Shown here: one piece after another, positions 20,656-30,644 of the stretch | Layout: every line of letters starts with the position of its first letter | Numbering within the stretch: the first letter of the stretch is position 1 | The notes under the pieces: model-generated | Databases searched by the model: none | Seen by the model: only the letters and a program-made list of their open reading frames with translations | What the model was told of the DNA's origin: nothing | Assembly: GCA_963776345.1 (NCBI GenBank) | Contig: CAVZMH010000015.1 | Coordinates: forward strand, 32,001-96,000 | Length of the DNA: 64,000 nt | Source of the DNA: an uncultured delta proteobacterium | GTDB lineage: Bacteria; Myxococcota; Myxococcia; Myxococcales; Myxococcaceae | Reading direction: 5' to 3' | Program-made: the position numbers and the translations under genes

Positions 20656-21593
20656 CCGAGACCCACTGGATCCCGGGCATCGTCGTTCTCTCCCTCGGGC
20701 TCATCGGCGGGGCGCTCTACCTCCTGTTCTGGCGCAAGCCTTCCGCGGCCGGCCCGGCCGACCGCGTGAGCGACACCCAGAACCGGGTGGATTCGCTGCT
20801 GGCCCAGCTCCGCGAGCACCAGGGCGAGCGGCACCAGATGGACGCAGCCGCCTGGGAGGCCGAGCGCGACCGGCTGGAGCGGGCGGCGGCGGACGCGATG
20901 CGCACCCGGGACGAGGCGGCCGGGACGCCGGAGAAGTCGGCATCCGGGAAGAAGAAGGAGGCGCCGGCCCCTGCGTCCGCGACGCCCAGCGGCTTCTTCG
21001 GCCGGCACCCACATCTGGTAGGCGCCGCCTGGGGCGCGGGCGTGGTCGTCTTCTTCGGCGCGCTCGGGCTCTGGCTGTCGCAGGACCAGAAGCCGCGGGA
21101 AGCCGGCGACACCGCCACCGGGACCGTGGGCCGGGGCGGCACCGCAGCGGCGGGCCCCGAGGGCGAGGACCGGGACTTCCAGGCCGCGCTGGCCCGGGTG
21201 AAGGACAACCCGGGCTCGGACCTGCCGCTCACCTCCGAGGTGGTGCGCGAGCTCATCAGCCGGAGCGACTTCCAGCAGGCGCTCGAGCTCAACGAGCGGG
21301 CGCTCGCCGCGGATCCGTTCCGGACCGACCTGCGCATCCACCGCGCCTTCCTCAAGGTGGTCCAGGGCGAGAAGGAGGCCGGGATGGCGGAGCTGGGAAA
21401 GATCGCCGACCTCTACCCGGACGGCACCTCCGCGCTCATCTTCCGCGGGATGATCCACATGCAGGCCCGTGAGACCCGCGAGGCGCTGGCCGACTTCGAG
21501 GGCTACCTGGCGGTCACTCCTCCGCAGAACGTCCCGCCACAGATGCGGGCCGGCGTGGCCCAGCTCCGACGCGAGGTCACCGGAGCACCCTGA
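20652..21593 (+). CDS. TPR membrane protein (CcmI/CycH-like)
   Basis: Two TM segments, helical linker and TPR-like C-terminus; last gene of the ccm operon. Confidence 0.7.
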   Translation: MTETHWIPGIVVLSLGLIGGALYLLFWRKPSAAGPADRVSDTQNRVDSLLAQLREHQGERHQMDAAAWEAERDRLERAAADAMRTRDEAAGTPEKSASGKKKEAPAPASATPSGFFGRHPHLVGAAWGAGVVVFFGALGLWLSQDQKPREAGDTATGTVGRGGTAAAGPEGEDRDFQAALARVKDNPGSDLPLTSEVVRELISRSDFQQALELNERALAADPFRTDLRIHRAFLKVVQGEKEAGMAELGKIADLYPDGTSALIFRGMIHMQARETREALADFEGYLAVTPPQNVPPQMRAGVAQLRREVTGAP

Positions 21594-21600
21594 CTCGCCC

Positions 21601-22278
21601 ATGGCCGCGGCCGGCTCCAGCGCACGCCGCCCGGGCGGCGTGATCTTCGATCTCGACGGCACCCTGGCGGACTCGCTGGCGGACATCGCCTCGGCGATGA
21701 ACCGCACCCTCCGGGCGCACGGGTTCCCGGTGCACCCGGTCTCCGCGTACCGGACGTTCGTCGGCGAGGGCGTGCGGAAGCTGGTCGAGCGTGCGCTCCC
21801 GCCGGGCACCGAGGACGTGCGCGAGGCGTTCGTCGCCGCGTACCAGGCGGACTATGCCGAAAATCTCCTGAACGAGACGCGCCTGTTCCCCGGCATCCCC
21901 GAGGTGCTGGACCGGCTCCAGTCGGCGAGCATCCCCGTGGCGGTGTTGAGCAACAAGCCCGAGGAGCCGACGCGGCGGCTGGTGGACACGCTGTGCAGCC
22001 GGTGGGAGTTCCGCGCCGTCTTCGGCGAGCGACCCGGGGTGCCCCGGAAGCCCGATCCGGCCTCCGCGCTCGCGCTGGCCGATGTGCTCGCCGCGCCGCC
22101 GGAGTCGGTGGCCTTCGTCGGCGACACCAGCGTGGACATGCTCACCGCGCGGGCGGCGTCGATGCGCCCCGTCGGCGTGCTCTGGGGCTTCCGGCCGAAG
22201 GAGGTGCTGGCCTCCGGCGCCGAGGCGGCCGGGACCGGCGATGAGCTCGCCCGCATCCTCGGCGTGGATCTGATCTAG
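21601..22278 (+). CDS. HAD family phosphatase (Gph-like)
   Basis: IFDLDGTL, LSNK, KPDP, FVGDTSVD, VLWGF. Confidence 0.9.
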   Translation: MAAAGSSARRPGGVIFDLDGTLADSLADIASAMNRTLRAHGFPVHPVSAYRTFVGEGVRKLVERALPPGTEDVREAFVAAYQADYAENLLNETRLFPGIPEVLDRLQSASIPVAVLSNKPEEPTRRLVDTLCSRWEFRAVFGERPGVPRKPDPASALALADVLAAPPESVAFVGDTSVDMLTARAASMRPVGVLWGFRPKEVLASGAEAAGTGDELARILGVDLI

Positions 22279-22312
22279 AAACGCTCCGGGGCGGCGCTAG
22301 GCTCGGTGCCCC

Positions 22313-22780
22313 GTGCCCGCCCACTGGCTGATCAAGAGCGAACCCTCCGCCTACGCCTTCGCCCGGCTTCAGGCCGACGGCCGAACCGAGTGGACCGGCA
22401 TCCGGAACTTCGAGGCGCGGAACAACCTGCGCGCCATGGCCGTGGGGGACCTCTGCCTCTACTACCACTCGACGGAGGAGAAGGCGGTGGTGGGCATCGC
22501 CCGCGTCTCCCGCACTGCGCGGCCGGACCCCACGGCGCCCGGCGAGGACTGGGCCTCGGTGGAGGTCGAGCCGGTGGAGCCGCTCGCGACCCCGGTGACG
22601 CTGGAGCGCATCCGCGCCGACGCCCGCCTCCGCACCTTCCCGCTGCTCACGCGCGGCCGGCTGAGCGTCGCCCCGGTGACCCCGGCGCATTACGCGCGGG
22701 TGCTCGAGCTGTCGCGCCGGCGGCAGACGCCGAGGCGCACGGCCCGCCGGGAGCCCGCGCGCAGGCGCCGGGTCCGCTGA
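22313..22780 (+). CDS. EVE domain protein
   Basis: WLIKSEP, WTGIRNFEARNNLR, YYHS, RLSVAPV. Confidence 0.92.
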   Translation: MPAHWLIKSEPSAYAFARLQADGRTEWTGIRNFEARNNLRAMAVGDLCLYYHSTEEKAVVGIARVSRTARPDPTAPGEDWASVEVEPVEPLATPVTLERIRADARLRTFPLLTRGRLSVAPVTPAHYARVLELSRRRQTPRRTARREPARRRRVR

Positions 22781-22798
22781 GCCACCCGGCGTGTGGGT

Positions 22799-23056
22799 CT
22801 AGGCAACGCTCATGCCACGCAGCCGCACCTCGAGGGCCGCGGCGTCCACCCGGAGGCGGCCGATCTCCTCGCCGTCGAGGGTGATGACCGGGGCGGCATG
22901 TCGGTACCGTTCCCAGGTGTCGGGAGCGTCCCGGATGTCCACCACCTCCAGGGTGAACGGGACCCGGGCCCGGATCTCCTCGAGCACCCGGTGCGCCTCC
23001 TCGCACAGCGAGCACCGGGGTTTCATGTAGATCCGGACCGTCACCCCCTGTGACAC
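22799..23056 (-). CDS. Glutaredoxin-like protein (DUF836-type)
   Basis: YMKPRCSLCEEA, VVDI...ERY...PV; 85 aa. Confidence 0.85.
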   Translation of the reverse strand: MSQGVTVRIYMKPRCSLCEEAHRVLEEIRARVPFTLEVVDIRDAPDTWERYRHAAPVITLDGEEIGRLRVDAAALEVRLRGMSVA

Positions 23057-23064
23057 TAGCGAAC

Positions 23065-24198
23065 ATGCGCGGCCTCTTGGGCGACCTTGCGACGATGCCT
23101 CTCCGGGACCTGGTGGCCTACCTGGGCAACCGGAAGGCGACGGGCACGCTGGTCGTCGAGCGCCCCGACGAGCGGCACCAGGTCGTCATCCGCGAGGGGG
23201 CGGTCATCCAGGCCGGGAGCAACGCCCCGCGCGAGTACCTCGCCCAGTTCCTGATGAACATGGGGATGATCACCGAGGACGAGTACACGCAGGCCTTCCA
23301 GCAACAAGTATCCACCAAGGTCGCCCTGGGGAAGATCTTGGTCGACTCGGGCAAGGTCCCGGAGGACGCCGTCCGCAACGCGCTCTCGCTCAAGTTCCGC
23401 GAGGCGCTGCTCGGCTGCTTCGACTGGAGCGAGGGGCGCTTTTCCTTCACCCCGGGCGACGCCCCCACCCCGGTGCAGGGGCTCGACGTGAGCGTGAGCC
23501 TGCTCGACGTGCACCGCGAGGCGGACCTCCGGCAGACCGCGTGGCGCGCCATCCGCGAGGTCTTCCCCACCGGACGCGTCCGGCTTCGCCTGGACCGCGA
23601 GCAGCTGGCCGGCCCACCCGAGCCCGGGAGCCTCGACGACCGGCTGTACGCGCTCATCGAGGAGGGAGCGACCATCGACGACATGGTGCTCGCGCTCCAC
23701 TCCACCGACTTCTTCCTCTACCAGCGGCTGTTCGCGCTGCACCGCCTCGGTGCGGTCTCCGTCGTCCCCACCGAGTCACCCACCGTGCCCACCGAGGTGC
23801 CCGAGGTTCTCGGCTCGGAGCAGGGCCCCGAGGAGATCCTCCGCGCCGCCGAGGCCTTCTTCGCCGCCGGCAACGTCGTCGACGCCGCCTCGCTGGCCCG
23901 ACGGGCCTACGAGGTCTCCCCGTCGACCCAGACCGCCAACTTCCTCCGGCAGGCCGAGGCGGGGCTCGCCGAGCAGCTCAAGGCCGAGCTGGCCCACGCC
24001 GGAAAGGTGCCGCACCTCCGGGTCACGCCGGCGCTGGTCAAGGAGATGCCGCTCACCGCCCCGGAGCGCTACCTCCTGTCGCGCATCGACGGGCGACGGA
24101 CGGTGCAGGCCATCGTCCAGGTCTCGCCGATCCACGAGCTGGACGCGCTCCGCTGCTTCAAGGGGTTCGTCGATCAGGGGCTGATCGAGCTTCGCTGA
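23065..24198 (+). CDS. DUF4388 domain protein
   Basis: GDLATMPLRDLV..L...KATGTL N-terminus, FDWSEGRFSF, C-terminal YLLSRIDG; typical myxobacterial architecture. Confidence 0.8.
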   Translation: MRGLLGDLATMPLRDLVAYLGNRKATGTLVVERPDERHQVVIREGAVIQAGSNAPREYLAQFLMNMGMITEDEYTQAFQQQVSTKVALGKILVDSGKVPEDAVRNALSLKFREALLGCFDWSEGRFSFTPGDAPTPVQGLDVSVSLLDVHREADLRQTAWRAIREVFPTGRVRLRLDREQLAGPPEPGSLDDRLYALIEEGATIDDMVLALHSTDFFLYQRLFALHRLGAVSVVPTESPTVPTEVPEVLGSEQGPEEILRAAEAFFAAGNVVDAASLARRAYEVSPSTQTANFLRQAEAGLAEQLKAELAHAGKVPHLRVTPALVKEMPLTAPERYLLSRIDGRRTVQAIVQVSPIHELDALRCFKGFVDQGLIELR

Positions 24199-25435
24199 CC
24201 GCCGCGAGCCGCCTCTCCCCGCTCCGCCCCACCGCGTCCAGCCCCAGCCGCATCGCCTCGCGCGCCAGCCACGGCGCGCGGATGCGCCAGCGCGGCTCGT
24301 TCACCACCACCGCGGCGACGGCGATCCGGGGGTCGTCCTTGGGAGCGAAGCCGACGAACCAGGAGTAGTCGCGGAAGGGGTTCCGGTCGGCCAGCGAGCC
24401 CGTCTTCCCCACCGCCCCGCGGAGCTCGCGCAGCCGGAAGAAGCGGCGGGCCGTGCCGTGGGTCACCGTCGCCTCCATCATCCCGGTCAGCGCCGCCGCC
24501 CGCTCCTCGCTCACGATCCGCTCGGGGTCGGGCGCGGCGGCGAGGTCGCGCTCGAGGAGGATCGGCGCCCGCCAGAGTCCGTGGTTGGCGGCGACGGAGG
24601 CGATGAGCGCGCCGTGCAGCGGGGAGAGGAACACGTCGCCGAAGCCCGCCCCGGTGCGCGCCAGCTCCAGCGGCTCGTCGGGGACCGCCGCCAGCGAGGG
24701 CTCGGTGGGGATGGCGAAGGGGATGGGGGTGTTGAAACGGAACAGCTCGGCGGCGGCGCGTAGCTTGTCCGCGTCCAGGTAGCGGTGGGTCAGCTTGGCG
24801 AAGACGACGTTGGCGCTGCGGCCCAGCGCCTCGGAGAGGCTGACGCACTGCCGGTCCCGGCTCGAGTCGGTGAGCAGCGACTCGCTCACCCGCCGCTTCC
24901 CTCCGTGGTAGCAGGACTCGTCCTCGGGGCTGACGCCCTCCTCGAGCAACGCGCTGGCGGTCACCAGCTTGAAGATGCTCGCCGCGGGGAACACCGCCTT
25001 CACCGGGAGCCCCCGGAGACCCGGCGCCACCTCGCTGTGCTCGACCATCGCCAGCACCCGGCCGGTGGACGGCTCGAGAACCACCACCGCTGCCCAGGGC
25101 GTCTGGTACTCGGCGAGGGTGTGGGAGAGGCTCTCTTGAAGCGCGGGGAGCAAGGTGAGCGCCGCCTCACCCTCCGGGCCCGACACGACGTAGTGCGATC
25201 CGTCCCGGCGGGCGCGCGCGATGAGGTCCTCGGCGGCGGAGAGCGGCCGGACCGAGGCGAGCGGCGGGGTCTTCACGCGGCTCGGCACCGGGAGGGGCGG
25301 CGCCGGGGCCGGCTCGGAGGCCACGGCGGGAGCGGCGATGGGCCCGGGGAGGGTGGCTGGATCGAGCGCCTCGTCCTCGGGGGTGAAGCCGGTCAGCAGC
25401 ACGGCGAGGACCGAGAGGGAGATCGCAGCGCGCAT
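24158..25435 (-). CDS. Penicillin-binding transpeptidase domain protein
   Basis: Signal peptide; SxxK (ASIFK), SxN (SAN), KTG; SWFVGFAP. Confidence 0.9.
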   Translation of the reverse strand: MRAAISLSVLAVLLTGFTPEDEALDPATLPGPIAAPAVASEPAPAPPLPVPSRVKTPPLASVRPLSAAEDLIARARRDGSHYVVSGPEGEAALTLLPALQESLSHTLAEYQTPWAAVVVLEPSTGRVLAMVEHSEVAPGLRGLPVKAVFPAASIFKLVTASALLEEGVSPEDESCYHGGKRRVSESLLTDSSRDRQCVSLSEALGRSANVVFAKLTHRYLDADKLRAAAELFRFNTPIPFAIPTEPSLAAVPDEPLELARTGAGFGDVFLSPLHGALIASVAANHGLWRAPILLERDLAAAPDPERIVSEERAAALTGMMEATVTHGTARRFFRLRELRGAVGKTGSLADRNPFRDYSWFVGFAPKDDPRIAVAAVVVNEPRWRIRAPWLAREAMRLGLDAVGRSGERRLAAVSEARSAPDRRTP

Positions 25436-25512
25436 GTCCCGCCATCGTACGACGGCTCCCCGCAACCGGTGAAGACTTCGGCCGGCCTCCTCTGGTAGGC
25501 CCTGGGCCCACG

Positions 25513-26376
25513 TTGAGCCCCCTCCCCGAATTGCTGGCCGTCACCCGCACCGAGCTGCTCCGGAACGTCCGGAATGCGCGGGTGCTGGTCCTGCTCCTGC
25601 TCTTCGCTACCTCCACCGCCCTGGTGGGTCTGGTGGTGGGCCTGTTGACCCGGGGGCTCGATGCCCAGGGCCCCGAGGCCGCCGCGGCCGCCAGCGCCGG
25701 CATCCTCGGCTTCCTGGTGGGCGACGACGGCGGCGCGTTCCAGCGCCTCTCAGAGCTGCCGCTGCTCATCCCCCTGGTCTTCCGGGTGAGCCTGTTCTTC
25801 CTCCCGCTCTTCATCGCCCTGCTGGGGTACGACCAGCTCAGCGCCGAGCTCTCCACGGGGAGCGTGCGCTACCTCGCGGTGCGAGCCCGCCGGGGGAGCA
25901 TCCTCGGCGGGAAGTTCGTCGCCCAGGCCCTGGTCCTCGGGGTGCTGCTCGGGGTCGTCGTTGTGGGGCTCTTCGTGGCCGGGGTGGGCCTCCGCCCGGA
26001 GCTCGAGCCCCTGCCGTATGCCTCGGCCGCGGCCCGCTTCTGGGTGGGGGGTGCAACCCTCGCCTTCAGCTACCTGGCGCTCACCGCGCTGTCCTCGGCG
26101 GTGACGTCGAGCCCCGGGGGCAGCCTGCTCCTCAACGTCGGCGCGCTCTTCTCGTTCTGGCTCCTGGACGCCGTCGGCGGCCGGGCGGCGGTGGTGCACC
26201 GGATGGGCGGCCCGGCGTCGTGGACCGAGAGCCTCCGCTGGCTGTCCCCCTCGGCATACGCGTCGGGGGTCCTCGGGTCGTCGTCGGCGCTGGTCACCTC
26301 GGCCATCGCCTACGGCGTGTTCGGGGGCGTGTTCCTCGCCGTCGCCTGGGCGGCGTTCCGGGTGAGGGACCTGTGA
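25513..26376 (+). CDS. ABC-2 type transporter permease
   Basis: Multiple TMs; ELSTGSVRYL...RGSILGGKF. Confidence 0.85.
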   Translation: MSPLPELLAVTRTELLRNVRNARVLVLLLLFATSTALVGLVVGLLTRGLDAQGPEAAAAASAGILGFLVGDDGGAFQRLSELPLLIPLVFRVSLFFLPLFIALLGYDQLSAELSTGSVRYLAVRARRGSILGGKFVAQALVLGVLLGVVVVGLFVAGVGLRPELEPLPYASAAARFWVGGATLAFSYLALTALSSAVTSSPGGSLLLNVGALFSFWLLDAVGGRAAVVHRMGGPASWTESLRWLSPSAYASGVLGSSSALVTSAIAYGVFGGVFLAVAWAAFRVRDL

Positions 26377-27308
26377 CGGTGGACGCGGCGCTCATCCTCG
26401 ATGGCGTGTCGAAGCGGTACGGGACGACGCTGGCCCTCGACCGGGTGAGCTTCCAGGTGCGCACCGGGAGCTGCCACGGGCTCGTGGGGCCCAACGGCGC
26501 GGGGAAGACGACCACGTTCGGGCTGGCCGCCGGCTTCCTCCGCGCGGGCACGGGCACCCTGCGGGTGCTGGGCAGGGATCCGCACGACCGCGGCCCTGCC
26601 CGGCCGCGGATCGGCGTCCTCCCCCAGGACGCCGCCCTGCCCTCCTACCTCGACGTCGGCACGCTGCTCACCTCCTGGGCGGGGCTGTCCGGCGAGGACC
26701 GGCCCGAGGCCGCGGCGCGCATCGCGCTCGACCGCGTCCAGCTTCCCCAGGTCTGGGACGCCTCGCCCCGGGCCCTCTCGCACGGGGTGGCCAAGCGGGT
26801 GGCGCTCGCCCAGGCGCTGCTCGGCGACCCGGCGCTGCTCCTCCTGGACGAGCCCACGGCCGGCCTCGACCCGCGTGCCGCCGCCGAAGTTCGTTCGCTC
26901 CTCGCCGGCCTGCGAGGCCAGCGGACGGTGGTCATCAGCAGTCACAACCTCTCGGAGCTGGAGCGGCTCTGCGACGCGGTGACGGTGCTGGACAGGGGCA
27001 AGGTGGTCCAGGACGGCACGCTGGCCGAGGTGACCCGGCGAGGCGCGGAGTTCTCGGTCCAGGTCACCCGCGGGGACGTCCCACTTCCCGAGCTCCGGGC
27101 GCTGGCCGGGGTGGCCGGGGTGGAGCTGTCACCGGCCGGGCGTCTCGCGGTCCGGCTGTCTCCCGATGCCCCACCCGCCGAGGACGTGATCGCCGCGGTG
27201 CTCGAGGCGCTCCTTGCCCGCGGGGTGCGCATCACCTCGCTGGCCCAGGGCAGCTCGCTCGAGCAGCGGGTGCTGGACGTGACCGGACCTCCCGGTCAGT
27301 CCGGGTAG
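26373..27308 (+). CDS. ABC transporter ATP-binding protein
   Basis: GPNGAGKTT, LSHG, LLLDEPTAGLDP, SSH. Confidence 0.92.
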   Translation: MTVDAALILDGVSKRYGTTLALDRVSFQVRTGSCHGLVGPNGAGKTTTFGLAAGFLRAGTGTLRVLGRDPHDRGPARPRIGVLPQDAALPSYLDVGTLLTSWAGLSGEDRPEAAARIALDRVQLPQVWDASPRALSHGVAKRVALAQALLGDPALLLLDEPTAGLDPRAAAEVRSLLAGLRGQRTVVISSHNLSELERLCDAVTVLDRGKVVQDGTLAEVTRRGAEFSVQVTRGDVPLPELRALAGVAGVELSPAGRLAVRLSPDAPPAEDVIAAVLEALLARGVRITSLAQGSSLEQRVLDVTGPPGQSG

Positions 27309-28318
27309 AAGAGCGGCTCTCGCTCGGCGACGAAACGGTGCAGGGCCTGGGCGGTCTCGGCGCGCAGCTCCAGGAAGCGCACTCCCACCCCGGGGAAGAG
27401 CTGGGGGGAGCGCTCGTCGAGCTCCCGGGTCCACCGGACCTCGCCCTGCACCGTGATCGAGGCCTCGCCGGGCAGGGTGAAGGTCAGATCCACCGGCGTG
27501 CCTACCGGGAGGACGTTGACGGTGGCGACGAACAGCCCACCCTCGCCGATGTCGGTGCTGAACCCGGTGAAGAGGTTCGACTCGCTCGAGAAGTTCACCT
27601 GGGTCTTCAGGGGAATCCGCGCGCCGGCGCGGCCGATCGCGACCGAGCCGGGTGCGGACATCTTCCCGAGCGCCTGGCTCCCAGGACGGGGGCGGACCGG
27701 TCCCGCGGCCTGCACGGCCCGGGAGGGCTCGGGCTGGGGAGCGGCCTCGGGGGCGGGCCCAGCGGCGCGTGCGGCACGCGCGGCGGCCTCAGCGTCACGG
27801 CGGGCGCGCGCCTGCGCCTCCCGCTGCTCCACCTCGCGGCGCTCGGCCTGCTTCCGGGCCAGCTCCGCCTGGGCCTCCGCGGCGGCGGCCTCCACCCGCT
27901 CCAGCTCGGCGGCGTCACGGGCCAGCCCGGCGCGGTGCTCGTCGAGCGCCGAGGCGCTGGCCTGCAGGAGCACCCGGGCCGTCTCCACCGCCCTCGCCCG
28001 GGCAGCGAGTGCCTGGCTGCGCGCGGCCATGGCCTCGGACGACGGGCCGGAGAGATCGGGACACTCGAGCCGGTGGCTGTGGAACCGGGCCAGGAGCCAC
28101 TCCGCCTCGGGGTGGCCGGCCTGCTGCAGCTGCGCGGCGCGATCGATCAGCGCCCGGGCGTCGGCCGCGAGCTGGACCAGGGAGCGGGCGAGCGCGTCGG
28201 CGTCGACGGCGATGGCGCGCTCGGCGTCGAGCGCGGACTGCTCGCGCTCGAGGAGCCCTCCGTCGGCAGGCGCCGGGACCGGATCGACGCTGGGGACGGC
28301 TGCGTGGCGAAGTCTCAT
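27296..28318 (-). CDS. TIGR02266-family PilZ-domain protein with N-terminal coiled coil
   Basis: SESNLFTGFSTDIGEGGLFVAT...GEVRWTR...PGVGVRF...REPLFY. Confidence 0.85.
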   Translation of the reverse strand: MRLRHAAVPSVDPVPAPADGGLLEREQSALDAERAIAVDADALARSLVQLAADARALIDRAAQLQQAGHPEAEWLLARFHSHRLECPDLSGPSSEAMAARSQALAARARAVETARVLLQASASALDEHRAGLARDAAELERVEAAAAEAQAELARKQAERREVEQREAQARARRDAEAAARAARAAGPAPEAAPQPEPSRAVQAAGPVRPRPGSQALGKMSAPGSVAIGRAGARIPLKTQVNFSSESNLFTGFSTDIGEGGLFVATVNVLPVGTPVDLTFTLPGEASITVQGEVRWTRELDERSPQLFPGVGVRFLELRAETAQALHRFVAEREPLFYPD

Positions 28319-28332
28319 GGCCCACGGGTCAC

Positions 28333-28348
28333 TTCAAGCCCGGTGCCA
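28333..28348 (-). promoter_or_regulatory. Sigma54-like promoter (GG-N10-GA variant)
   Basis: Minus strand TGGCACCGGGCTTGAA, 14 nt upstream of ATG 28318. Confidence 0.45.
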
Positions 28349-28362
28349 GCGCCGCCGGGCCG

Positions 28363-28650
28363 TCATCCCGCGGTGTTGGACTCCTGCCCCCCCGGGGTCC
28401 CCGGAACCCAATCCCGCCCCCGAGAGGTCAGCTCGACCCGGATCCGCCACCCACCGGGACCCCGGTCCGCGGACAGAACGCGGTGGCCGAACCGCGTGCA
28501 CCACACGTCCACGTCCGGGCCGATGGCCGGGTCCGAGCCGGTGAGGTCCACCAGATCGCCGGCATCCAGTCCGCGGGCGCACTCGGCGAGTCGCACGATG
28601 GGCAGAGGACAGGGCAGCGCCCCGACCCGAAGCTGGACGACCCGGGCCAT
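28363..28650 (-). CDS. TusA/SirA-family sulfurtransferase
   Basis: ALPCPLPIV (CPxP), SDPA...DV..WC. Confidence 0.75.
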   Translation of the reverse strand: MARVVQLRVGALPCPLPIVRLAECARGLDAGDLVDLTGSDPAIGPDVDVWCTRFGHRVLSADRGPGGWRIRVELTSRGRDWVPGTPGGQESNTAG

Positions 28651-28707
28651 GCCGGAGTATCCCTACCACGCCCGCCCCAGCTCTCCCGAGGAGCGGCTCT
28701 ACCCACC

Positions 28708-30069
28708 ATGAAAGTCAGCGCGATTCTCACCCTCTTCGCGGGGCTCATCCTGGGCTTCTTCATCGGCCAGGCCACCCGCAGCTCCGTCCCGTCCAGTGTG
28801 ACCCAGCGCCCGGGGACGACGCCCACCCGCCCCCGGCCGACGCCGGATGCAGCCGCGTACCGGCTCCCGCTGGAGGACTCGCCGGTGCGCGGCCCCGCCG
28901 ACGCGCTGGTGACGCTGATGGAGTTCAGCGACTACCAGTGCCCCTACTGCCGGCAGGCGCACGCCACCGTCACCCAGGTGGAGAAGAAATACGCGGGCAA
29001 GATACGGCTGGTGATGAAGCAGTACCCCCTCCCCTTCCACCCGCAGGCCCGGCCGGCGGCGCTGGCCGCCATCGCCGCGGGGATGCAGGGCCGGTACTGG
29101 GAGATGCACGACCGGCTCTTCGCCTCGCCCCAGCTCGACCCCGAGACCCTCGAGCGGTACGCGAAGGAGATCGGCCTCGACGTCGAGCGCTGGAAGCACG
29201 ACCAGAACGACCCGAAGGTCGCCGCCATCATCCAGCGGGACATGGACCTCGCCACCAACGTGAACGTCAGCGGCACCCCCGCCTTCTTCGTGAACGGCCG
29301 GCGGCTCCCGGGCGGCGCGGCCCCGCTGGATGCCTTCAGCGCCCTCGTCGACGAGGAGCTGGCCAAGGCCGAGGCGATGGTGCGCCAGGGCGTCCCGGCG
29401 AGCCAGGTGTACGCCCGGCTTCAGGAGAAGTCGCTGGCCTCGGCCATCCCGCCGCCGGTCATCAAGAAGGTGGACGTCCCGGCCGACGCCGCGACGTTCG
29501 GCCCGGCGGTGGCCAAGGTCACCATCGTGGAGTGGAGCGACTTCCAGTGCCCGTTCTGCGCCCGGGCGGCGCCGCTGGTGGAGCAGATCCGCCAGGCGTA
29601 CCCGAAGGACGTGCGCTTCGTGTTCCTGCACTACCCGCTGCCGATGCACCCGGACGCGCCGACAGCGGCGAGGGCCGGCGTCGCCGCGCAGGCGCAGGGC
29701 AAGTTCTGGCCGATGCACGACTGGATGTACGCCCACCAGCGGGAGCTGGACTCGGCGTCGCTGGAGAAGGCGGCCGGCTCGCTGGGGCTCGACGTGGCGA
29801 AGTTCAAGGCCGCGATGGGTAGCCCCGCCACCGAGGCGCGGGTGAAGGCGGACATGCAGGCCGCGCAGGCGATCGGCGTCTCGGCCACCCCCACCTTCTT
29901 CGTGAACGGCCGGGAGCACGTGGGCGGCATGCCCTTCGAGCAGCTGAAGACGGAGATCGACCGGGAGATCGCCCGGGCGGACAAGCTCCTGTCCTCGGGC
30001 GTGAAGCCGGCCGACCTCTACGGGCGGCTGGTGGCGGACGCGGCCGGGCCCTCCGGCGCGCGGAACTGA
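28708..30069 (+). CDS. Tandem two-domain DsbA-family oxidoreductase
   Basis: EFSDYQCPYC...GTPAFFVNG and EWSDFQCPFC...ATPTFFVNG; N-terminal TM. Confidence 0.9.
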   Translation: MKVSAILTLFAGLILGFFIGQATRSSVPSSVTQRPGTTPTRPRPTPDAAAYRLPLEDSPVRGPADALVTLMEFSDYQCPYCRQAHATVTQVEKKYAGKIRLVMKQYPLPFHPQARPAALAAIAAGMQGRYWEMHDRLFASPQLDPETLERYAKEIGLDVERWKHDQNDPKVAAIIQRDMDLATNVNVSGTPAFFVNGRRLPGGAAPLDAFSALVDEELAKAEAMVRQGVPASQVYARLQEKSLASAIPPPVIKKVDVPADAATFGPAVAKVTIVEWSDFQCPFCARAAPLVEQIRQAYPKDVRFVFLHYPLPMHPDAPTAARAGVAAQAQGKFWPMHDWMYAHQRELDSASLEKAAGSLGLDVAKFKAAMGSPATEARVKADMQAAQAIGVSATPTFFVNGREHVGGMPFEQLKTEIDREIARADKLLSSGVKPADLYGRLVADAAGPSGARN

Positions 30070-30078
30070 CCGCCGCCC

Positions 30079-30465
30079 TCAGCCCACGGCGATCGCGTCG
30101 ATCTCCACCCGGGCGCCCTTGGGGAGTCCGGCCACCTGCACCGTGGCCCGCGCCGGGGGTGCGGTGCGGAACGCCTGGCCGTAGACCTTGTTGACCGCGG
30201 CGAAGTCCCCGAGGTCCACCAGGAAGATGGTGCAGCGGACGACGTGATCGAAGGACACCCCGGCGGCGGTGAGCACCGCCCCGAGGTTCTTCATCACCTG
30301 CGCGGTCTGGGCGCTCACGTCCCCGGAGACGAGCTCGCCGGTCGCCGGGTCGAGCGGGATCTGCCCAGAGAGGAACACCATCCGCGAGGCGGGCACGGCG
30401 ATCGCCTGCGAGTAGGGGCCGATGGCCCTGGGCGCCTGGAGGGACTCGATGACGGACCGGTGCAT
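30079..30465 (-). CDS. ridA: RidA family enamine/imine deaminase
   Basis: APRAIGPYSQA, FLSGQIPLDP, PPARATVQV..LPK.ARVEIDAIA. Confidence 0.92.
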   Translation of the reverse strand: MHRSVIESLQAPRAIGPYSQAIAVPASRMVFLSGQIPLDPATGELVSGDVSAQTAQVMKNLGAVLTAAGVSFDHVVRCTIFLVDLGDFAAVNKVYGQAFRTAPPARATVQVAGLPKGARVEIDAIAVG

Positions 30466-30644
30466 GGCCCGCCTGCTACTCCGGCGCACCCGGACGGCGC
30501 AACTCGCCTGGGTGAAGCCTGCCCCGGACCCGAGCGTTGACCCGCCGGCGCGCCCGACCCGCTCCGGCTCAACCAGGCGTCCCGCCTCGGGCCGCACGCG
30601 GCAGGAGGCGTCGGCTGGCCCGTTGCAAGCACATCGGGGACCGC

